This document shows positions 36,647 to 49,919 of a stretch of 51,033 nt of DNA, piece by piece. The notes beneath the pieces were generated by a model, which made no database searches, was not told where the DNA came from, and worked only from the letters and a program-made list of their open reading frames with translations. Both the position numbers and the translations under genes were made by a program. Origin of the DNA: Chara braunii (taxonomy: Eukaryota; Plantae; Charophyceae); NCBI GenBank assembly GCA_003427395.1, contig BFEA01000032.1, positions 531,524 through 582,556 on the forward strand, written 5' to 3'. Every line of letters starts with the position of its first letter. Within the stretch, counting starts at the first letter, position 1.

Positions 36647-39147
36647 ATGAAGTCAAACATCATGAAAATTCATGTAGATACGGGAGAGTATCACCCGTCG
36701 CCCGACCGAACTCTTCCCGAGCTCAAGGAGCGCATCCGACAGAACACGCCTCTTAGATGCGGGCCATCTGACGACGGGGAGCCTGAAGTGATGGGCGGGC
36801 CTGTCGTTACGGAGCCTGCGAGACCACCGTCGATGATGTGGATGGAGAACATGACGGAGTCTCCCAATTTTCGGGGAGAGATGGACGATTGGCGGTCACC
36901 TACCTACGAGCGGAGAGACGCTAGAGGGGAACGACGCAGAGATGACCAGAGAGATCAGTGCGTCAGAGATCAGGCTTGGAGAGATAGAGATAGGCCTCAT
37001 GAGAGGAGCAGGTCGCCTCAACGGATCTACGATTCACAGACGGGCGAGTCCTACTCCCTACCTTACGAGAGGAGAGATTTATTCATCATCGCTCACCAAC
37101 CGATGGAGTTAGATACCAGGCCACCCATCTTTAGGGGTTACGGTATCACCGAGTACCTCGAGAAGTGGGAACTACATGCGTACCGTAGCCAGTGGTCCGA
37201 TGATGAGATTATAGACAATGTTTTGTTCAACTCGGACCCGAGCCCGAGCCAGGTGATCAAAGAAGCTCGACCAAAGGACAGAAAGTGGACTACCTATAAG
37301 ACTAGTCTTTACAAACTCTTCAAGCTAGAGGACATCAGATACTCGATCAGGGATCTGAAGTCGATGACGCAGGGTGAGGACGGGCGCGTTCAGGCATTCG
37401 GTAAACGCTTCCAAAAGATATCGGATGCTCTGATCGCAAAGGGGAAGCTGTCGGAAGTCGACCGATGCACGATTTTCATTTGTCGACTGCCCAGAGGGAA
37501 ACAAAAGGAGATACTCAGGGAACTCCCTCATGACAAGATAAATTTTATGACGGTTCTCAAGTTAGCTATGAAAGCCGAAGCAGATGATTATAAGGATTTA
37601 GTTTGGAGAGGGATGCGACGACGAGACTTCACTCGGTACCGAGAGTACGATACAGAGAGGTGTCCTGACTTCAATGATCAACCTTGGGTGGATCGACGAT
37701 ATTTGTTGGATGGAATTCGACTGCACCGACCCATAGAGTGTGTGATAGATGAGATGAGGGAGATGAGGGAGATAATCAAGGTCTTGGCTCGACAGGTTGC
37801 GAGGATAGAGGCGAAGACGGAGACTGCTGGTTATCAAGCGAGGAACGGTTCGTCGAACTTGCTGAGGTGCGATCGAGTTAGGACTGGTTCAACGTAATCG
37901 CTAAGGTGGGATAATCGAGAGTCAGGACCGTGGAGAGACGCAGACCATAGAATCCCTCGGACACTAACCGATTATCGAGCGAGGGAGCAACAATATCATA
38001 TACGTCACAACGATTCCCCTAGGTACCAGGATGAGGATCAAGATCGACAGGTTGCCTATTCTAGAGACTATACGAGAGATAGGGACAACGAATATCGAGG
38101 ACATGGTCGGGTGGAGACTTACCCTCACAGCCTAAGGTATGATCGAGGTCCTGAAGACCTCCAGGATGCAGAGGAGTATCCAAGAGTCTAGATAGGTACG
38201 ACCACGTGATGGAGAGAGACCGACACAACAATTCTCGTGAGTGGTACGAGAGGAGAGATGTTGATCGGGACCATCGTGATAATACCAGAGACCAATGTGA
38301 GCCTGGTCCGCATCCTCAGGATACTCGGGCATCACATGGACACGGGGGACATAGACGTATAGAGGATGAACCTTCTTCGCCTTGTAACATATGCGTCTAT
38401 TGCTGTTCGGATGACCATATCGGGAGAGATTGCCCCGATCTTCAGAAGGCAATAGACCATGGCGTAGTGGGACTTGAGGACCAACAGTACGTCAAGAGAA
38501 CCGACAATCTCAAGGATGCACCCCTGTTTCCTTCCAAGGAGGAGGACTTGAAGGTCAGACGAACGCCGTTGGACGAGGATGAGGTAAAGGCGACAGTAAA
38601 GAGTCGGAGTGTCAGAATTTTTTTACCGCCAGGAAGCAAGACGCCTATAGTGCCCATCCGCGTCATCTCTACCAAATCATTGCGGACTCTTTCTTCAAAG
38701 AAGAGAGTTGACCCTGATATAGTTATTGTGGATCGAGAAGGAGAGCAAGAAGAATGAAGAGAGCAATCACCACGAAAACGAGGCCTCGATGGAGTTACGA
38801 ATATAGCAGTGCCCTTGAGGCTAGCGCTTAGTCAACGTATGCGATGTTCCGCACGGAAAGCGTCCAACCGAACGCGAGATGAACCCACGATTCTTATCGA
38901 TCTCGAACGGGGGAAACTGATACCTCTGACCGATGAGATCTTCGCTGATTCTACACCGTTAGTAGACAAGCCTTTTGCCAACGTCATTCCAGTTGCATGT
39001 CAGTCACGGCTTCGGGCGCTAAAGCGGACTGCACCGCACCCGTTTTCTTTCATGCCTGAGAGAACGTGCCCCAAAACGTATTTTACATTCCCGGGAGTGG
39101 TATCATGGGGACTTTACTTAACTATCAAGTGGTTCCTCACAGAGTAG
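36647..39147 (+). pseudogene. Decayed retrotransposon gag polyprotein with CCHC zinc knuckle
   Basis: ORF 36647..37897 has a gag-like core (PPIFRGYGITEYLEKWE...FQKISDALIAKGKLSEVDRCTIFICRLP). The same frame continues about 97 codons past the TAA at 37895. A frameshift near 38185 then leads into ORF 38206..38757 with CVYCCSDDHIGRDC (CX2CX4HX4C). That frame continues past the TGA at 38755 to 39147. Confidence 0.8.
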
Positions 39148-39312
39148 TCGATAACGTCGGGGATTGTCAAATCCCGTAATCCTGGAGAACATCGTTCTCC
39201 GGTCAACGATCACAACTTTGGGATAAGAGAAGCGCCCTGCAAGTCAGTGATACACTTTTGGATAGATAGGTGAGGCCTTGACGGGGGCGTCGAGAAGAGG
39301 TCCTGGCTTATT

Positions 39313-42032
39313 TGTCAGGCGGCTGCAACCCAGTCGATCACCCGAAATACACAGGATTGAGCCTTGGGCTAAGCGCCTAGGGGAGAATTGACCTGCGCTT
39401 CCGTCAGACCCGTCGGGAAAAATTAGGGGTAAGAAAGGGACCCCTAAAGACCCTCCCGTCAATTATTAGAACTGACCGTTGAAATCAACATGATGAACAA
39501 CCGCCCCAACCGCCCCAACCGCCCCTAGCGCTTACCCTTTTTTCTTTTGATCTAAGGTTGTTCCCGTTGCGGCCGGCCGTGGTGACGAGATACGGTTTTA
39601 GGGCTCGGCGCGCCCCTTTTCACACTAAGCACTTGACGAGGGAAGGGACCCTCAATTTTTATTAATTCTAACAACTAAATTAAAATTGAAAAAAATGATT
39701 AAAAATAATAAAAGAAGAAAAAACGAATGATTAGTTGTTATTTGATTAATTTTTAATCAGAATTTATTTTTGATGAAATTTTGGTCGGAATTATTCGTTT
39801 ACCCTGAGACCGTTGATCCATGCGAGTTTCCGACAATTATGAACCCATGCGTGATTTGGCCAGATTGATCTGATTACTGCCCTTGCATTAATCCGGGTGT
39901 ATTGAGTGAGTGAGACCGAATTTGGGCCGTGACAACGTTTTGACATTATTTGCGGACACTTTTGACGGACGGTTCTTCTACCTCAACGATAGCATTATAT
40001 TTGGGGCCTAAACTCCGACTTCAACATGGTCGCTGATTTGATCTTATTGGGAATTATGAGGCTGTACTGGCCTGATTAACACCACACGATGGGTGACACA
40101 AGGGCAGGGTCAGCTCAGCACAAGTATTCCGGGCCTTTTGGTTGTGTACCAGACCGGTGGCCTAGGTACCACTGGTGCCCGTCGCTATTGTGAGGTGCGC
40201 GAGGCCGCAAGGGTACCTGCTGGGGATGTACCATGGGATATAGGGAGGAACAACGGAGTACAGGGGCATTCCGGGACCGGGGCGACAGGAGGGACCGCAG
40301 CGCACGGACAGTGAACGGCGGCGAGCTCAACGAACGTACCTGTTCGAGCAGCGCAGTGGTTCTGTGCTGGTCACTGCCAACGGTAGCTATGGCGGCAGTG
40401 TGTGTGTGTGTGTGAGTGAAATCGAGAGAGGGTAGGACAACGGACCAGAGGTACGGGGCCGCGTGGATGGTGTCTGTTTGTGCCTGTTCATGTGATAAAG
40501 TGGGCTGCAACCAAGGAAGGTCTGGGAAGAGAGGGATTGGTTGTGAGGGCGACTGCGCAGGCCCGCAGGGCGAGGTACTGCGCAGTGAGAGAGAGAGGGT
40601 CTATGCAGTGAGAGAAAGAGAGAAGGACTGCACAGTGCGGAGAGAGAGACTCCGTAGTAAGAGAGAGAGAAACTGCGCAGTGAGAGCGAGAGGGACTGCG
40701 CAGTGAGAGAAAGAGAGAAGGACTGCACAGTGCGGAGAGAGAGACTGCACAGTGAGAGAAAAAGAGGACGACTCCGCAGTGAGAGAGAGAGGGACTGCGG
40801 AGTGAGAGAAAGAGAGAAGGACTGCATAGTGAGATACAGAGGGACTGCGCAGTGAGAGAAAGAGAGAAGGACTGCACAGTGAGAGAAAGAGGCAGTGAGC
40901 AGTGAGAGAGAGAGAGAGGGAGAGAGGGAGCTACCCTGCGGGAATCAATGGGAGAGGGAGAATGACTGTGTGAGAGAGAGATAGGAGAAAAAAGTGATGT
41001 GGGTTGGTATGGGATTCTGTTTCCTTATATTATTATTAATTTTAAAATAATAATAATAATTATTATTTTCCTTCTTTATTTTTGCTCATGCCTGTTCATA
41101 GGCACGTGCAGACTGCAGATGAGCCGGACTTGAGAACAGGGGGGGGAGGGTATTCAATGACACCCACAATCAATGCATAGGCGGGGTAATCAAGGAATTT
41201 CACAAATCCTGCACGAACCAGGCATTGATTCTGGAGCTTGTTCCCGCGCGGGAAGGACACTCACCTTTGAGGTGCACGAGCGAGGACACTGGCCTGGTTA
41301 CACGCGCACGGGTACCAGCTTGCCAGAAGTAAATCAAGTACGGCTCCAGTCAAGGATTGAGAAGCGCGCGTGTCATGTGCTGATAGAAAGGGGCGTTTGA
41401 TACTACTGAACTCTGCTATGCTTTCTTGAATTGAAACAGACGGAGACTCACCCTTGGCTAGATACGCGTTAGAGGGGGGGCAATCAAGACCATTGACCTA
41501 TCAACCAAACACACGTAAAGGAGCTATCGATCAAGAAAATGCTCTTACTGCAGATTTGTTCTTGTGGGTAATAAGTCTATGCCATGAAGAAGGAAAGTGA
41601 GAATGCATATTCCGATGTTCTTGCTAAAGGTTCATCAAACAAGTAAGCAGGCAGGGCCGTCGAATACGGAGATGTATCTTCCCATGTTCTAGATGAAGAG
41701 TCATTCTGAATAATTACGCAAGGTTGCAGTGCACGACACTGTATCGTCCCATGTTTTAGCTGCTAATATGTGAGTGATCGAGAAACAAAAAAACATGGAA
41801 CACGGAGGTGCGTCTTTCAATCTTCTAGTTGAAGATTCATTCTCATTTCCCTCATTGGCTGGGTAATCCAGCGAGGCCGGGCTGCAATGAAGACAACAGA
41901 TGTCTGATGAGCATTCGTGGTGCACAAAAATAAATAATATGACACCATATCTTCCCAGCTATACATTCATTCTCATTTCCCTCCTGGTTGGTAATCGCGC
42001 TCTCTCCTGATCCAGATTCATGTCTGAAGAAC

Positions 42033-42076
<44 letters not shown>

Positions 42077-43640
42077 AAAAAAAAAAAAAAGTGGGAAGGA
42101 GAGACAGGGCTGCTGAAAAAGTATCATCAGCAACTGTTCCCTCGAGACAACTCACAACAGCGGCATTGCTGCAAATTACAGGTGACATTTATTTTATTTT
42201 TTTTAAATTTTTTTATTTTTTTATTTTTTTGTTCATGCCTGTTCATAGGCACGCGCAGACAACAGATGAGCTGGGCTTGAGAACAAGGGGGGGAGAGTAT
42301 TCAATGACACCCTCAATCAATGCAGAGACGGAGTAATCTTGCTTTTCTTTTGGGTCTCTCATGGTCGACCAGGTTCAGCCGTCACCGGACTGTGCTTGAG
42401 CCACTCGTAGGAAGGGAAGAGCGAGTGTTACAGGGAGATACAGATGCACTGTGATCCCTGTCTGGTGATGACTATGGTTCTTTCGGTGTCTGGTTAATGA
42501 AGCGTCTGCACCAATCAGTAAGTTTGTCGCGGTCTCTGCCCGCCCCCTCCTGATTCAATGGTGTTGTTCCCCGTCCAAGTGCGGGAAAGGAAGTGAGCGT
42601 GTGTGAGAACGCGGGGAGGAAATCTGCCTACCCTTATCAGTGCACCAGAATCAGAGGACGGTCGAGATCGTTCAAATCAAGTTCTCAAGTAGATACTCTC
42701 GCTAATACTCAAGTGCTCCCGTGATCGGACTCATCGATTCTCGAATATTGAGTACACAGATTTCCCCCGTGTTCTATTAAAATTAAGGCGAGGACTCGAG
42801 ACTATTCAAGTGCTCCAAGTGATCAGACTCATCAAACCACAAATATTGACTACACAGATTGTCCTTCTTCTATTAAAGGAAATCGAACTAGATTATCGAC
42901 ACGCTGGTAATCGCCAGGGGGAACAATCCTTTTTGCTGATCTGACAATCGACCAATTCCGCTGCCGGCGGGAGCGATCCCTTCCGATACTCTGCCAATCA
43001 AACAAAAACTGCCGCTGGCAAGAGCGGTTCCTTTCTGCTAATTTGCCAATCAGCCAGTCCGCTGGTGACGGGAACAACCCTTTTAGCTCATATGACAATA
43101 ACCTGGGGAAAGTATCAAGAGAGGTTGGACACTTTTGTCTGCAGGTGACTGATTTCCCTAGTGCGCAAGTGATGGAATAGGCCTGTGCGAGATAAGTCAT
43201 TTAAGAAACAAGTGACACGTCACAGTCCAAGACTTGGGTTATCAGGAAACGACACCAACAGTGACTGGTGCGACCTAGTTCACCAACAGACTGAGCTACG
43301 GAGGAACATGCTATAAATTTAATGGTTTTGGGGGGAGCAGATCTCAACTATCTCCATGTAGATCCGGGGATCTGCTGGAGCGGTTTTGGGAGGGATTCGA
43401 GCCTGGGACTCAGGTTTACAAACTAGAGCCATTAATTTTATTTCATTTATTATTCATTTATTTTCGGCGTACGGACAAAGTCTTCTCCGACCATTTTTCA
43501 GAGGGGGGCGCGACAAACAGCGCAAGCCCCAGGTACCCAGCTGGTCACTGAGAACCTCAGCGGCGGGCGTAGCGAGTGACAAGTTCTGTAGCCCTTGGAT
43601 TCAACGAACGGTAGGCGACCCATCCTCGGGTTTTCTCACA
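39313..43640 (+). repeat. 3' LTR (~4.33 kb)
   Basis: Begins tgtcaggcggctgcaacccagtcg and ends ggttttctcaca. It has 8 differences from the 5' LTR in the first 60 bp, all transitions. Confidence 0.92.
40551..40925. repeat. Same minisatellite in the 3' LTR
   Basis: Tandem gactgc(g/a)cagtgagaga... units at the equivalent LTR position. Confidence 0.9.
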
Positions 43641-43641
43641 T

Positions 43642-44652
43642 CGGTTTCCACCATACTTCTCCCATCTTCGGAGTCCACATCCACCGCCTTCTGCTCTAAC
43701 ACTTTATCCATACCCCGCCTTCATCCACCCTCACCCCCACCACGGTCACTCAATCGCCCAAGACGACAACCCCCGCCGTCACGCAGTCGTCGACCATCCC
43801 CCCCAGTCAAAACATCTCATGACTTCATCCACTATCACTTCCAACCCCCCCACCCATACCCAGATCACCCCCAGACCACAAGCCGTGCACCCCGTTCTTC
43901 CAATACTTCCTTCGTCCGCACTCCTCCCGACCAACCCCACCACCAATTTCACCTGGGTACCATCCTCCTCACCCAAACTTGATTTCAACACCCTCGCCAC
44001 CACAACACCCTTAACAGGTAATATTCTCCCACCCTTCAGATCAATAGATATCCCCCTCTTTACCGGCCTTCCCCACAAGGACATCTTTGTCCTCCTCAGC
44101 AAACTCTACGACGCCTTCTCCCTCCATAGCGTCCCTGTCACACACTGGCTGCTTATTGCCAGCACCAAGTTACAGGAAGGTGTCGCTCGTTGCTGGTACA
44201 CCGAACGAGCTAACCGGCAACACGCAAATGTGGAATCCCATTCCTTCCTCGAGTGGGCCAAACTCATCACCTGCACATTCCGACCTCATAAGACGGTCGA
44301 TGACTACTTTGAGCAACTCTGTCGCCTTCAACAGAACGGCCCTACTGATCGTTTTGTCCAATATGTCCGTGCGTTGCGACAACACATCCCCCTTGACTAC
44401 GTCAGCGATGCCACATTCATCTCCCGCTTCAAACGGGGATGCCGCACGGACCTCGCCGCCTCCCTCGTCCATGACCCTCCGATGTTCCTCTCCGATGTTT
44501 TCAACCTCGCCATCCACCTAGACAAATTGCTCCCCCTGTACAAGGATGTTGTCGTACCAAATACCCTCACAAACGTATTTCGCGTGTTTTCTGTAAGTCA
44601 CGGTGGTGTGGCCTCGTTCGGAGTTGATGGCGTGCTCGAGGGGGAGAGTTGA
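43642..44652 (+). pseudogene. Retrotransposon gag (capsid)-like ORF, 3' part of the interrupted gene
   Basis: The frame is open from the TSD to 44652 (ORF 43819..44652). Motifs IPLFTG...KLQEGVARCWY...FLEWAKLITCTFRP...LCRLQQNG...YVRALR...FISRFKRGCR are typical of the Ty3/gypsy Retrotrans_gag domain. No knuckle or protease follows. Confidence 0.75.
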
Positions 44653-45083
44653 GTCCTGCCCAGATAAGTGGCGCGCGCGGTGCGTCGACGGCGGGGTGCA
44701 ACCCTGCACGGGCAGGGTGTGTGCGGTGTCACAGGCCAAGGGGACGCACGACCCCTCATCCCCTTAAATTTCTTGTGTTCCTCGAGTTTATATTTATTTA
44801 TTTTATTATTATTCTAACCCTTGAGGAAAATTGGCTGCGGGGGGAGGTCGATTGTCTGCCGCGTGCTGAATTCGGATCGAAGTTTTGGTGCGGGGCGACG
44901 AATGAAGGCGATCGATGGCAGGGGTGTGTGTAGAGCTGCGCGCGTACCGAATAGTTTATAGCGCACCATTAAATGTGAGAGCTCGCTCCCGGGGCAGGGC
45001 AGATGGCGGGCGTTGATGCGGACGTACATCTCGGAGGAGAGCCCTCCGATATGCGACTGTCGGGTCGACCGTCATTTTGTACT

Positions 45084-45125
<42 letters not shown>

Positions 45126-46726
45126 GGAGATGTATATCGGGTCGGCCGTCGTTTTGTATGCCATTTGTTTTTCTTCCTTTTTTTTTTTTTTTTTTTTTCT
45201 TTTCTATCTCTGAAAATGGGGCGGCAGTTCGCTGGTCAGAAAGAGACCTCCTCCTCCCAACACTCTTGTTTTCCTACACTCCCTTTCTTCCCACGAGCTC
45301 TAGGTCACGGGATGCAAGAGCCTGTGGCTGTAAAAATTCGCCTCAAGTAGAAGGAAGAGGAGACATGGTCACAAGTGCCTCTCAAAACGGAAGGGTTGGA
45401 CTCCACAACATATCACATGCCTTGTTGGTTTCCTTTTTTTTTTTTTTTTACAATTTCACCTTTAACACCCAACTAACAACACCTTTCTGATTTAAGTGCC
45501 CTCGTAACAGCCTCTCGACCTGCTGAAATATAAAATGAAGTTCGAATCCCACAGGATTTGAAATGAAGGGTTTTTCTTCCCCCCAGATGTATGTACGTCA
45601 TCCTTGTGCAGGCACGAGGCTTACCCATACGGCCGATTTCGTCTGTGCGATGATCATACAGTTAAAATTAACCTCGTCGTACTAATTATGAGAGTGATGC
45701 TCCAAAAGGAGTTAACCTAAGCTAGAGTTGTTAGCCTTGATCCTAGTGTCTACTTGACGAAAATCTGTCATATTACCTATCGGGTTAACTCATGTTCCAA
45801 TAGGAGGAAGAACCTTTTATTATGATGGACACTCGCCTTGTGACCCTTCATGCTACAGCCTGACAAATCCTCACCTATGTCAACCTTTCAAGTGGTCGGC
45901 TACCCGTCCACGACTTGAACGGGTACTCGGGTTGGTAAGCTAGAACACCGACTTCCAAGCCCCTAGGCACGGGATCAAGACTTCGCAGACGTATCTGTCA
46001 TAGACTGCATATAAAATAGAAAGAAAAAGAAAGCAACCTATACCTCTTGTGTTGCAGCCACAAACCCAACGCGGCCACTGTTTTTGGCTATTTAGAACTT
46101 GTATCGCGTGACTGCTAAGTCGCTTGTCGTTATTTTAAGTATGATAAATTTTAGATTTACTACTCCATCGATCGTTCGCCCCTGCAACCTTGCTAAACGT
46201 GGAAAGCGTTCGGGCATACTGCAGCTCCTTATTATCGTTTTCGCATGCTACAAACATCCGGACTTAGGTAAAGAGTTTCACCATATAAGTCTCGTCTGAA
46301 TAAACTTTGACAAAAACTCAATTTCATCAAGTCGAAAAATTTTCAATACATGGTCAAATAGTGGTGACATTGAGATATTTCGATTCCGTGATTAATTATG
46401 ATAACATGGTGTCTCGAAAATAATTCATAAGTTATGAATCTTATGATCACGTATATTTGGAATAATTTCTAAAAACAAATTCTGAAATATTTGTCAAACA
46501 TCTTTGCTAAACGATTCTCAAACCATGGTGTGAGAATCTAACTCGAAAATTCTTTTTGGATATCCCCTAATTACATATGTCTAATCCCTAATTTGTAATA
46601 TTCTTAATTTAAAGTTTGTAAATTGAAGTTTTGCTTCGGTCTCAAAAATAATTTTGCCAACTGGATTGCCAATTAACAGAATCCGAATTTAGTTGTTCTA
46701 GTTTTCTTTTGAGTTTAAGCCTTTAT

Positions 46727-46856
46727 GAGAGAAGGTTAACAACAATCGTATTTTTCATCACCACTTCAGGACACCCCTCACCACTTCAGGATGCAGCCTG
46801 CCTAAACAGGTGGTTTTCAGGGTCTTCGGGCCTTCACCACTTCAGGACCCTTCAGG
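46727..46856. repeat. CACCACTTCAGG-based repeat block, copy 1
   Basis: gagaga.ggttaacaacaat.gtatttttcatcaccactt...cctaaacaggtggtttt...ggtcttcgg.cctt.accacttcaggacc, also found at 49920 onward. Confidence 0.85.
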
Positions 46857-48890
46857 TTTGAAAATCCCCTTACCTCCAATGATGGAGACAAGATTGTTCT
46901 GCTTGTTTGTTTCAGGGGTTACGAATGTTTCTAAATTTGACTTATCCTTCTTCTGGGGGAATATGGCTGAAGTAATTTTTCAATGGTATCCGTTTCATTA
47001 CCATTAAAAGACGTTCCCCGCTCAGTTAATCCCCTGGATTCCAAGGTAATCAATGTTGGCAGGGAGGGGTCCTCGTAATTTTCTCAAAACAATATTTTTC
47101 TTGAAGCATTAATGTACTTATGGGACGCTAGACCCGGTTTCCAGCACGTGCTGCTCCCCATGAATAGATTGGAGCATTTTTCCCCCCCCACCACAAAAAA
47201 AAAAAAAAATGCTGACATTCAGAATCCCGAGCAAATACCCTTGTAAGGGTTTTTGCTTTGACATCGATGGCTTGAATATAAAATAAAAATAATAAAAAGA
47301 AGGTAATTATGATAAGGGTGAAGGTGGCTAACTTTAATGCAAGACCCCTACTTCAATGCATAAAACCGGAAGAAAAACGGATTTGAAGAAAGCAACAGAA
47401 AAACATTTTTTTTTTTCCAGGGGTAAGCACTGAACCAGCCCGGAGGATTCAAAAAAATCCCTCCCCAAATTACCAGGCATGGTCATAATCTGGCCTGAAT
47501 ATTGCCCAGAATGTAGTACAGTGACCATAACAGGAGACTGTTGTCGCAGCATGGGAACATTTTGCAGTATGCAGACAACCAGGGGTGACTAATCTGAATA
47601 ACTTGTGGTTTCTTGGTGCGTCTTTCAGTCAAGAGGGGCCACGGGGTAGAGAACTTCAAGGGGTGTATGTTCATCATACCATCAAACTTCCAAGGAGATG
47701 TATGAACTGAAATTGACAAGCAAGACAAAACAAGTTGGATTCATAATTGATAAACATATCATGAGTAGTCAGAATGATAACAATTTGAGACATGCCTTAA
47801 AACTGAGAATTTGGGGCAATCCACTAATGCACTGAGGGCACGAACAGGCGGGCCTGGATTTTCGTGTTGTGAACGAGAACTAGGAATGGAAAGTCTCACA
47901 ATGTTTTTTGTCGCTGTAGGTACAAAGATCCAAGCGTTCGCAACGATTCCGCCCAAAATCCAACAAAAAAACCCCCTTAGAGTTACTCGTCTAGACCGGT
48001 TGAGTCGCGACTGTGTTTCGTTTATATTGATTGAATAGTTGATTAAAAGTAAAGTGAATGTGGACGCATAATTTTGAGGCGCGCGTGATGTTTCTCGTTG
48101 ATATTATAGATCGAGTCTAACGATGCCAGACGGTCCCCCAGAGGGAGAACCCCACGAGCAAGCCGCAGGGTAGTTGTCCTTGGTGCCAGGTGCACGACAA
48201 GAACTGTCCCACTCCTCACCACTTAGACCTACCCTTTTGACTGACTGACTGACTGTCTAAGGACCACAAAGTCTTTCCCTTCGATCCAACCTGGTTACCA
48301 TGGCCGACGGAAGCTTTCGCCACCACTGTTCCTTACAAACCAGACCTAGATGCCCTGCACATGTGGTCAATCCCACCTGACTTTCACTCCGCTTCAGGAC
48401 CCTGTCAAATAGGGTCTCTAGTCTAGACCTATCACTAAGCTATCACTACATGACTTCAGAGCTAATCATGAGGCATTTAAGGAAATCCCCCATAACTCGT
48501 CAGAAATTGTTTAACGTTGCAAATAAATCGACGGGATCAGCAAGTCCTCTCAACACTTAGACAGCCGGTTGTGCAGCCCACAACTCAGATTTTGGGCCTA
48601 CCATGCCACACTGAACAGCCCGCCGATCTGTACCGATCCTTAGGAGGGTTTGTCCTCCGGGTCAGTCGTCAGACACGGCCTTTAGCCCAACTCAGTTCGT
48701 GTGGGTTTGGTCAACACAGCTCTACGACCTCATACACGGAGTTCCTGTCACCTGGACAAAAGAGACTCAATGCAGAAAGAAGAGATAGACAGACTCAACA
48801 AGTACCATAGTGTGAGTGCACATCCATAGAGCGAAGGGATAGGTTGAAGGTTTGGCGAGAGTATACCAACTCCAGCTTGGTTAATTTCGT

Positions 48891-49034
48891 GGTCAACAGC
48901 TCCAGTCAACGTTGGTCAACGCTTGGTCAACTCGCAAGTCAACGCCTTGGTCAATGCCAACCAACTCCTTGGTCAACTCCTCAGTCAAAGTTTTGGTCAA
49001 TGTTGGTCAACCCCTCGGTCAACGCCTTGGTCAA
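48891..49034. repeat. Array of 12 RGTCAA (W-box core) units
   Basis: RGTCAA at 48891, 48904, 48914, 48925, 48937, 48949, 48971, 48983, 48995, 49005, 49017 and 49029. Confidence 0.85.
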
Positions 49035-49311
49035 CCTTCAACTCGGCTATGGTTACCGACCCCTTTCTTTCTCACCAACCTTCAATATTCACCTTCTCCC
49101 CCTTCCTTCTTTCTCACTTTCTTCCTCCTTCACCCCGACTATGGTTTTCTTTTTCCTCCTTCGTTTCTCCCTTCTTCTTCCTCAACTATGACTTTTATCC
49201 CCCCTTGGTCTCTCCCTCCTCCTTACTCAATCTTCTTCCTTCATCGCTTACTCCGTGTCCGAGCTCGGCGGCTATGGCCGCCACCTTCTTCCTTGGACCG
49301 AACAACAAACT

Positions 49312-49313
<2 letters not shown>

Positions 49314-49389
<76 letters not shown>
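49314..49389. repeat. (CT)n microsatellite
   Basis: Direct reading. Confidence 0.95.
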
Positions 49390-49393
<4 letters not shown>

Positions 49394-49919
49394 TCTTTTG
49401 CAGGTGTGCGTCACCTTCCTCCAGCGAAGCGACTATGGCGGACTCTTCTTCTTCGGCGCACTGTTGCTATGATGGCGCGTGGAATAGCGTGAACCAACTC
49501 CGATGCCATTGTATTCAGACTCTCTTTCTTCTTCATACAACATGCATGCAAACAGGAGGCGAAGCACACTGGTATTGGGCGCCCACACATCTTAGATACA
49601 AACTCGCTTCAAGATGGCTATGCCGATTGCACACCTTCACTTCACTTATCCACTCAGGGTTTACATCCACTATTTACATGCACTCGACTCTGGACCTCCC
49701 TGAATATTTCACACGCACTCACACTGTACCTCACTCACACTCACTTACACCCTAAAACACTGTATCTAACCTAAGGCGGTTATGACTGCTCGCTACTACT
49801 AACATTGGACGCTATCTCCTTCCCTTAGCCCACTTCGACTTCGGACATCTGCAGACCACCTTGCAGAAGTCGCTTAGGCAGCGCTTCCGCATGACTCACG
49901 TAGAAATGAATGAATGGTT

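Larger units (their letters stand above)
29857..43640 (+). mobile_element. LTR retrotransposon, Ty3/gypsy-like, non-autonomous (gag only, no pol detected), 13.8 kb
   Basis: Two long direct repeats start TGTC and end CTCACA. Flanking 4-bp duplication TCGG at 29853-29856 and 43641-43644. PBS follows the 5' LTR. Gag-like ORF inside. No RT (YxDD), RNase H or integrase motifs seen in the 4.8-kb internal region. Confidence 0.9.

Noticed and set aside
38809-39312. Aspartic protease/pol start and polypurine tract
   Set aside because: There is no D-[ST]-G motif, no RT motifs and no clean purine run next to the 3' LTR.
41920-41960. Hammerhead ribozyme (retrozyme) core in the LTR near gtctgatgagcattcgtggtgc (~41902-41925)
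   Set aside because: No GAAA directly follows the putative stem II, and the 5' LTR copy lacks CTGATGA.
48117-49900. Solo LTR
   Set aside because: The composition is LTR-like, but the ends are not TG..CA and no TSD could be identified, so boundaries are unsupported. The same applies to about 45500-46720.
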